Positions 57,747 through 64,000 of a stretch of 64,000 nucleotides of DNA are shown here, piece after piece (within the stretch, counting starts at the first letter, position 1; each line of letters begins with the position of its first letter). Under the pieces are notes generated by a model. The model did not search any database. It was not told the DNA's origin and saw only the letters and a program-made list of their open reading frames with translations. Location of the stretch: contig OY970296.1 of the NCBI GenBank assembly GCA_963716175.1, positions 384,001 to 448,000 of the forward strand. Reading direction: 5' to 3'. The position numbers and the translations under genes are program-made. The stretch comes from an uncultured Armatimonadetes bacterium (lineage in GTDB: Bacteria; Armatimonadota; Hebobacteria; Hebobacterales; Hebobacteraceae).

Positions 57747-58145
57747 TTAGCCCTGGCGCCGGCCAGCCAGGCGTGCCAGCAGCTGCTGGGCGCGGGTGTG
57801 GTCTGGCTCGATCTCGAGCGCCTGCCGCAGCGCCGCCACCGCCGCCTCAATCCGCCCGGCTCTGGCATGCAGGAGCCCGATCTCGTAGTGCGCATCGGCG
57901 AAATCCGGCTGCAGCTCGGCTACCCTGGCGAATTCCTGAAGCGCCAGCTCCTCCATGCCCCCCAGCTTGTAGGCGAGGGCCAGGTTATGGCGGGCGGAGG
58001 CATCGCTGGGGTTGGTATCAACCGACCGCCTGGCATCCTGGATCATGCGGTCGAGGGCCTGCGAGCGCAGCGAGGCCCCGCAGTGGGCGCAGAAGTTGGC
58101 CCCCTCCTCCACCTTGTAGCCGCAGCTTGGGCATTCCGCCACCAT
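57747..58145 (-). CDS. Zinc-ribbon plus TPR protein
   Basis: CPSCG..NFCAHCG; TPR motifs ARHNLALAY, AHYEIGLLH, ALEIEPDH. Confidence 0.85.
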   Translation of the reverse strand: MVAECPSCGYKVEEGANFCAHCGASLRSQALDRMIQDARRSVDTNPSDASARHNLALAYKLGGMEELALQEFARVAELQPDFADAHYEIGLLHARAGRIEAAVAALRQALEIEPDHTRAQQLLARLAGRRQG

Positions 58146-58216
58146 GCACTCTCCCCACGCCTGCGCCGCTCGCGCGGTTTCAGTATAGCCGATGTGCGGC
58201 CTCAATGCCAGGCGCG

Positions 58217-58245
58217 TTGACGCCGGCCGATGAGCGTGTTATCAT
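58217..58245 (+). promoter_or_regulatory. tRNA promoter
   Basis: TTGACG-17 nt-TATCAT with TG extension and GC-rich discriminator. Confidence 0.65.
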
Positions 58246-58255
58246 ACCGCGCAGC

Positions 58256-58330
58256 CGGGGCGTAGCTCAGTTTGGCTAGAGTGCGCGGTTCGGGACCGCG
58301 AGGTCGGCAGTTCGAATCTGCCCGCCCCGA
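58256..58330 (+). tRNA. tRNA-Pro(CGG)
   Basis: CGGGGCG acceptor stem, CGCGG-TTCGGGA-CCGCG anticodon arm, GTTCGAATC T-loop; CCA not encoded. Confidence 0.95.
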
Positions 58331-58460
58331 CGGACATAGACTCGGCAAAGACGCGCCGAAAGAGGGCTCAGGCGCCTCACTGCCTTCTCCGCGGTCTTCC
58401 CTGCGGCGACAGCCTCGGAGCAGCAGCGCAAAGCGCCGCGCCATCAAGCGGGGAAGAAGC

Positions 58461-59351
58461 ATGGGCTATGAATGCACGGGCAAGGGGGACGACACCTCGC
58501 GCGGCGGCCTGACCAGAGCGCTGGTGCTGGGGCTGCTTGGATCCCTGATGCTGGCGGGATGCGCCCGCACCAAGCCGTCTACCTCCCAGGCCCCCGCCGC
58601 CGAGCCCAACGTCTTGATAGCCTACACCTCCTGCGCGCTGGTGCCCGCCATAGAGGGGGTGCGCGCCAGGTTCGAGGCCGCGAACCCCGGCAAGACGGTC
58701 AAGATCGAGGGGGGCGAGCCGGTCGCCCTCGTCCACAAGTTGGAAGGCGGGGCCAGCGCCGACCTGTTCATCTGTCTCGGGCGGTCCGAGTTCGGCCTGT
58801 TGGAGCGAGAGGGCCTGCTCGAGAGCTCATCGCGGCGAGAGCTGGGCAACTATAAGATAGTGCTAGCTATCCCGGAGAAGAAACCTCCCCTTGCTAGTGC
58901 CAAAGACCTGACCTCGGCCCGAGTCAGGTCCATCGTGATGGCGGCGCCCGGTGTCACCTCCCTGGGCACGGACGGCAAGCACGCGCTCGATCGCCTGGGA
59001 CTGTGGTCCCACCTCCAGGATAAGCTCGTGCTGCGGGCAACCCCACTGGAGGCCGCCCAGAGCCTGGCCAAGGGAGAGGCCGACGCGGGGATACTCTACG
59101 ATCCCTGCCCCTTGCTCGGGCTGCCTGAGAAGATTCCCCCCCACGCAGTGACTCTGGGGCCATCGCTGAGCGCGCCAGGCGAGCGGCCAGTGTGCATCGA
59201 GATCGGGGTGCAGAAACGCAGCCAGAAATGGGGCCTGGCGCAGCAGTTCATCGCCTTCCTCAGAGGCCCGCAGGCCAGGGCTGACCTCGCGGCGGCCGGG
59301 ATCCCGGTGGAGGAGAAGCCGGGAGGAGAGCCGGCCCCGGCTAATCCGTAG
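58461..59351 (+). CDS. ModA-like oxyanion-binding lipoprotein
   Basis: Lipobox LAGC; ADLFI, GEADAGILY; periplasmic binding protein type II pattern. Confidence 0.7.
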   Translation: MGYECTGKGDDTSRGGLTRALVLGLLGSLMLAGCARTKPSTSQAPAAEPNVLIAYTSCALVPAIEGVRARFEAANPGKTVKIEGGEPVALVHKLEGGASADLFICLGRSEFGLLEREGLLESSSRRELGNYKIVLAIPEKKPPLASAKDLTSARVRSIVMAAPGVTSLGTDGKHALDRLGLWSHLQDKLVLRATPLEAAQSLAKGEADAGILYDPCPLLGLPEKIPPHAVTLGPSLSAPGERPVCIEIGVQKRSQKWGLAQQFIAFLRGPQARADLAAAGIPVEEKPGGEPAPANP

Positions 59352-59474
59352 AGGCTATCTCAAGGCCCGGCTAGCGCGCACCGAGCGCAGTCCCGTCAGC
59401 TTTGATATAGCCCGATACCGGGTTCTGTTAGAAGCTGTTTCATAACCTTCCCAGGGGAGGTTATGAAACGCGCT

Positions 59475-60863
59475 CTAGAGCCCCTTAGCTTGCTCGGCGC
59501 GCCGCCGCACTTCCCGCCCTGCCACCAGGCCGCTGGCGGCGGCCTGCACCAGGCCCCGGGTCACGCCAGCCCCATCCCCCACCGCGAACAGATCAGCCAC
59601 CTCGGTCTCGAGCGCCTGGCTGAGACGAGGCCGAGCAGAGTAGAGTTTCACCTCGACCCCATAGAGCAGGGTGTGACGGGAGCCCAGTCCAGGGGCGAAG
59701 CGATCGAGCGCCTCCAGCGCCTCCAGGATGCCTGAGAGATAGCGGTGGGGCAGGACGAAGCTGAGGTCGCCGGGAGTAGCGCGGCTGAGGGTGGGCCGCA
59801 CCACACCGCGGGCAATCCGCTGCTCGGTCGAGCGCCGACCGGAGCGCAGGTCTCCCAGCCGCTGGCAGATCACCCCATCGCTGATCAAGTTGGCTAGCCT
59901 GGCCAGATAGCGACCATAGGCGATGGGGTCGTGGAAGGGCTCGGTGAACAGGGTGCTGACCAGGAGCGCAAAGTTCGTGTTGGCGGTGTGCTTGCCGGCA
60001 TAGCTGTGCCCGTTGACAGTGATGATGCCCTCGGTCTGCTCGGTCACCACTTCACCGTAGGGGCACATGCAGAAGGTGCGGACGCGGTCGTCGAAGCTGC
60101 GCGAGTAGAAGATGAGCTTGGATTCGTAGGCGGCGGCGGTAACCTCGGCCAGCGTCTCCGCCGCCACCTCCACTCGCACCCCCACGTCCACCGGGTTGTC
60201 CGCCCGCCCCAGGCCCAGGCGCGCCGCCTCCTGCATGAACCATTCCGATCCCTCGCGGCCGGGGGCGGCAATCACATAGTCGGCGCGGTAGCGGCGCCCG
60301 GCGCTGGTCTCCACCCCGGTTACCTTGCCGTCCGCAACCCGAAGCTGCGCGATCTCCTCACCGGCGTGGACGTCCACGTTGGCGCCCAGAGAGCAGCGCA
60401 TCTCGCGCAGCACCATCGGGCACCGGTCTGTGCCCAGGTGCCGAATGCGAGTAGCCACCAGCTCCAGGTCGGCGCGGGTAGCGCGGCGGGCGAGTGCGGC
60501 CATGGCGTCCTCGTCCGCGCCATACAGCTCCTGCGGCGCCCCGAAGCGGAGCCACATCTGGTCCACTTCCTCCACCAGAGCGGCCACCTGGGGCCGCGGC
60601 AGATAGCTGGCTAGCTGGCCCCCGATCTCGGTGGAGAGCGTTAGCTTTCCATCCGAGAACGCGCCCGCCCCTCCCCAACCGCAGAGCAGCCACTTCGGGT
60701 CGCGGGCGGCCTTGCCCGGTTTCCGCCGGGCGATCCGTTCGTCAATGTCGGGGCCCTTGTCGAAGACGCGGACCCGGAGCCCCTTTGCCCCGGAGAGCGC
60801 CAGGGCGGCGAAGATGCCGGCCGGCCCGGCGCCCACGATCACCACCTCTCGGCGACGCGGCAT
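59475..60863 (-). CDS. FAD/NAD(P)-dependent oxidoreductase (COG2509-type)
   Basis: VGAGPAG, GWGGAGAFSDGKL, RHLGTD, RTFCMCPYGEV, VNGHS, YGVEVK, GDGAGVTRGL. Confidence 0.88.
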   Translation of the reverse strand: MPRRREVVIVGAGPAGIFAALALSGAKGLRVRVFDKGPDIDERIARRKPGKAARDPKWLLCGWGGAGAFSDGKLTLSTEIGGQLASYLPRPQVAALVEEVDQMWLRFGAPQELYGADEDAMAALARRATRADLELVATRIRHLGTDRCPMVLREMRCSLGANVDVHAGEEIAQLRVADGKVTGVETSAGRRYRADYVIAAPGREGSEWFMQEAARLGLGRADNPVDVGVRVEVAAETLAEVTAAAYESKLIFYSRSFDDRVRTFCMCPYGEVVTEQTEGIITVNGHSYAGKHTANTNFALLVSTLFTEPFHDPIAYGRYLARLANLISDGVICQRLGDLRSGRRSTEQRIARGVVRPTLSRATPGDLSFVLPHRYLSGILEALEALDRFAPGLGSRHTLLYGVEVKLYSARPRLSQALETEVADLFAVGDGAGVTRGLVQAAASGLVAGREVRRRAEQAKGL

Positions 60864-60864
60864 C

Positions 60865-61311
60865 TCAGGCCTCCCCGGTCACTCGCTGGCGCAGCCCGGC
60901 GAGCATCTCGTCGGCATTGCGGGCCACCAGCTTCCGCAGCAGCTTCTGGATCAGCGGCCCGATCAGGGGCACGCGGTAGTCGTAGCTGATATCCAGAGAC
61001 ACCCGGGTGCCGCTGCCCTCGGGGATGAAGGTCCACGCGCCCTCGTACCGGTCCCAGTCGCCAGAGAGGGACCGGAACCGACAGCGCAGCGCCTCCTCCT
61101 GCCAGATGTCCTCTTCCACCCAGCGGATGACGCGCTTGAACTCCGGCACCAGCCCCACCCATTCGCTCACGGTGCGCCCACCGTCGCGCTCCCGGATGGC
61201 CACGCTCTGCACATTTGGCAGAAAGGCAGGGAAGCTCTCCACGTCCTTCGCGACCTCGTACACGCGGCGAGGCGGAGAATCAATGATCACCTCGGAATGC
61301 ACCTCCGGCAC
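60865..61311 (-). CDS. SRPBCC/polyketide cyclase (START-like) protein
   Basis: VYEVAKDVESFPAFLPNV, GDW..YEGAW.F. Confidence 0.85.
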   Translation of the reverse strand: MPEVHSEVIIDSPPRRVYEVAKDVESFPAFLPNVQSVAIRERDGGRTVSEWVGLVPEFKRVIRWVEEDIWQEEALRCRFRSLSGDWDRYEGAWTFIPEGSGTRVSLDISYDYRVPLIGPLIQKLLRKLVARNADEMLAGLRQRVTGEA

Positions 61312-61457
61312 CCGTGCCCCCCTGAAGACGTGATGCGCGCCGCGGCCGCAGCCGCGGCGCAGACTGGGGTGATTCTAGGTCAGCGGGCGAAGAGTGTCAA
61401 CGTCAGCGACGAGCGCGGCCTGGCGCGGCCCGCGGCCACGCCGGTCCGACCCAGGGC

Positions 61458-61841
61458 TCAGGCCGCCACCGGATCGGTGAGCAGCCTCTGCACCCGGCGA
61501 GCGAGGTCACCGGGCTGGAACGGCTTGCTCATGTAGTCGTCGGCCCCTGCGCTCAGGCAGTCGGCCACAAAATCGCTCCCCGAGTGGGCGCTGACAATGA
61601 TGATGCGCACCTGGGCGGTGGCCGGGTTGCGCTTGATCTCGGTGCAGACCGGAATCCCGCCCACCTCCGGCATGTTGATGTCGAGGAGCACGAGATCCGG
61701 CCGTTCCACCGCCATCAGCTCCAGCGCCAGCCGCCCCTTTTCCGTCTCGAAGATGTCGTACTGCTCACCTGACAGATTCAGGCTGTCCCGCATGAGCTTG
61801 CGCGCGAACGGGTCGTCGTCCACGATCATGACCTTCGCCAT
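61458..61841 (-). CDS. Single-domain response regulator
   Basis: VMIVDDD, LVLLDINMP, IVSA, GADDYMSKPF; GGAGG RBS. Confidence 0.92.
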   Translation of the reverse strand: MAKVMIVDDDPFARKLMRDSLNLSGEQYDIFETEKGRLALELMAVERPDLVLLDINMPEVGGIPVCTEIKRNPATAQVRIIIVSAHSGSDFVADCLSAGADDYMSKPFQPGDLARRVQRLLTDPVAA

Positions 61842-63098
61842 TTGCCTCCGCTCCTGCCGCACCGGAGCCGACGATCACCTCCGGCCCGGCCTGCTTCACC
61901 CGGTACGCTGGCAGCACGAAGCAGATAGCAGCGCCAGCGACCTGGTCCTCCTCCACCCAGATCCTCCCCTGATGCAGCTCGATCAGCGCCCGCGCCACCA
62001 CCAGCCCCAGCCCCTTCCCGCTCGACCGAGCCAGGGTGAGGTGGTGGTCTGAAGTGTCCGCCAAGGGCGCCAGCTTCTCCTCCTGCGAATCCCATTCCGG
62101 CACATGAATGCTCGCCTGTACCTCCTCCTCCCCGTCCCCCCCGGCCCAATCCGGACTGCCACCGGAGCCGAATCGCCCGCCAGCCCCAGGGCGGTGTCCA
62201 GGAGGCGAGCCATCACCTGCTCCAGCTCATTGGGATCCCCCCACACGGTGCGAGTGCGGGGCTCGACGGAGATCTGCACGCGCTCCCGCTCTTCAGGATG
62301 GTCGAGCTGCAGCAGCGCGGACTCGATCACGTCCGGCAGGTAGACGGCCTCCCGCTTCAGCACCAGCCGGCCTTCGTCAATGCGAGAGATATCCAGCATA
62401 TCCTCGATCATGCGCGCCAGATGCTGAGACTGCTCGCGGACGATCACCAGGTACTCGCGCTTGCGGTCAGGGTCGAGGCCGCTTTCGTGCTCATAGAGCA
62501 GTTGAGTGAAGCCAACGATGGCGGTCAGCGGAGTGCGGAACTCATGGGAGACACGCGACAGGAACTCGCTCTTCGCCGCGATTGCCTCTTGGTAGTACTG
62601 GTTGAGGCGTTGGTAGGCGCGCTGCTCCCGCGAGAGCAGCACGAAGAACCCGGCCATCACCGAGGCCGAGATGGTGAAGGTGAGCACCCGCGAGATCACG
62701 CTCGTGGTGACGGTCGCCTCGCTGCCTCGCACCAGGCCGATGAGGAGGTAGCTGGCCGCGGACAGCAGACTGGTTCCCACCGCGTCGCGGAAGTTGAGGC
62801 GGACGCTGGCGTGTAGGATGGGAAGGTAGTAGAGCAAGTAGTACTCACTGTAGATCCCAGCGTCTGCGTAGATGAGGGCGGTGATGAGCATGATATCCGC
62901 CGCCAGCATGGTCAGGGTGGAACGCCGCGGGTCGTACCTGCTCCAGGGCAGGAAACTGCTCACCAGGACATAGGCCGCGCCCACGCTGATCACCAGATCG
63001 AAGAGCCGGCTGTGACCCCCATCCTGAGCCCGGGCCATGAGGAAAACAGTGATCAGTATCAGGCAGCGCAGGCCAGCCGCGACCTTTTCCCGCGGCAT
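61765..63098 (-). CDS. Membrane sensor histidine kinase-like protein with a degenerate ATPase domain, frameshift near 62136-62142
   Basis: TM region; H-box KSEFLSRVSHEFRTPLT; C-terminal GLGLVVARALIELHQGRIWVE in the 61765..62103 frame. Confidence 0.75.
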
Positions 63099-63234
63099 GC
63101 CCCCGGCATTGCGGCGAACTGGCATGATCAGGGCTCCACTTCCTTGGGTGCGGAAGGTTACGTTCGGGTGGGACCGCCACACCAACGCGGCTTATTCCAC
63201 ATTTCCCAGAGGATGTGAGGGGCGGCAGAGGGGC

Positions 63235-64000
63235 TCAGATGGGCTTGGAATAGCCCAGGCTGACGCGGCACTCCCGGTTCGGGCTGGCGTACTCCCCCCA
63301 GGCCAGGCCGCCCTTCAGACTCACCTGCTGCTCGTCGCTCACCTTCAGCGCGTACATCACGGTGAAGCTGGTGCGATTCTGCGCCTTGTCACCGGCCTTC
63401 CCGTTCTCCCGGGAGATGCTCGCCTCAATCTGCTCCTGGTCGGAGACCCGCCCCCGCAGCCCTAGCTCCACATCGCGCCGACGCAACGGCGGCCCGCCCA
63501 GGCTGTCATCCCCGGTGTAGCGCCCGTGGGCGACCAAGCCCCCCCGGAGTAGAGCGGCGATCTCAACCAGCTCGCGGCGAAGCGGCAGAGGACAGCCTTT
63601 GGCCTCGCCGTCCTCGGCCTCCGGGTGTCCCTGGTAGGCCACCTGGACATGATAGCGATTCCTGACCATCAGGCGCTCGGCCCAGCCGATGCTGTGCACC
63701 CCGCGGTCTGGGCCCCCGCGCAGTTGCTTCGCCCAGAGCCGCAGCCCGGCGAAGGGCATATCCAACCACGTCGGTCCCTTTGCCATCACGTACTGCTCCG
63801 CGTCAGAAAACTGATGGCCACGGGTGATGTTCTCCGCCCACGCCGGCAGCTGGCCCCGAGGCGCATCCAGCGCATACTGGTTAGCAGACCGTTTCACCAT
63901 CCCCTCCTGCCAGTGCTGTTGCTGCACGCGCCACCGGAATCGCCGGGCCTCATGCTCGAGCGCGGCCTGCTGAACCGAGTCCATTCCGCCCCCAGCCTGG
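63235..64000 (-). CDS. Hypothetical protein, C-terminal part (5' end outside window)
   Basis: Frame stays open to the window edge; alternating beta-strand-like C-terminus (CRVSLGYSKPI). Confidence 0.5.
   Translation of the reverse strand, partial: QAGGGMDSVQQAALEHEARRFRWRVQQQHWQEGMVKRSANQYALDAPRGQLPAWAENITRGHQFSDAEQYVMAKGPTWLDMPFAGLRLWAKQLRGGPDRGVHSIGWAERLMVRNRYHVQVAYQGHPEAEDGEAKGCPLPLRRELVEIAALLRGGLVAHGRYTGDDSLGGPPLRRRDVELGLRGRVSDQEQIEASISRENGKAGDKAQNRTSFTVMYALKVSDEQQVSLKGGLAWGEYASPNRECRVSLGYSKPI

Noticed and set aside
49620-58460. Genomic island bounded by the two tRNAs
   Set aside because: No integrase, no duplicated tRNA 3' end, and the cargo is ordinary metabolic genes

Overview
GC-rich bacterial chromosome segment with about 50 genes and no CRISPR array, prophage or transposase. 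It is probably from an anaerobic Armatimonadota-like lineage; this is an inference from the SLH-protein style, two DUF6785-type membrane proteins and several URO-D-like paralogues. Most genes serve carbohydrate or aminosugar catabolism: GH4, heparinase II/III-like lyase, PcRGLX/YetA-like lyase, GH20-like, sulfatase-like, DegT aminotransferases, Gfo/Idh/MocA dehydrogenases and an araB operon. The window also carries an SLH beta-propeller surface protein, a signalling cluster (receiver, Ser/Thr kinase, FHA-GAF histidine kinase), an AmmeMemoRadiSam operon whose three soluble members carry export signals, tRNA-Arg(TCG), tRNA-Pro(CGG) and a rubredoxin missing from the ORF track. Six genes are split by single-base frameshifts that look like sequencing errors. 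The best leads are: (1) an 82-aa protein resembling the alpha2-alpha3-alphaC half of an NC2beta/NF-YB-type histone fold; (2) a candidate ~115-nt C-rich sRNA between a near-consensus sigma70 promoter and a hairpin; (3) the exported AmmeMemoRadiSam/DUF362/spermidine-synthase-like operon; (4) a QueG-like cobalamin enzyme paired with a U32-like Fe-S protein; (5) short palindromic repeats nested inside REP elements. All family calls come from motif recognition by eye; no searches were run.
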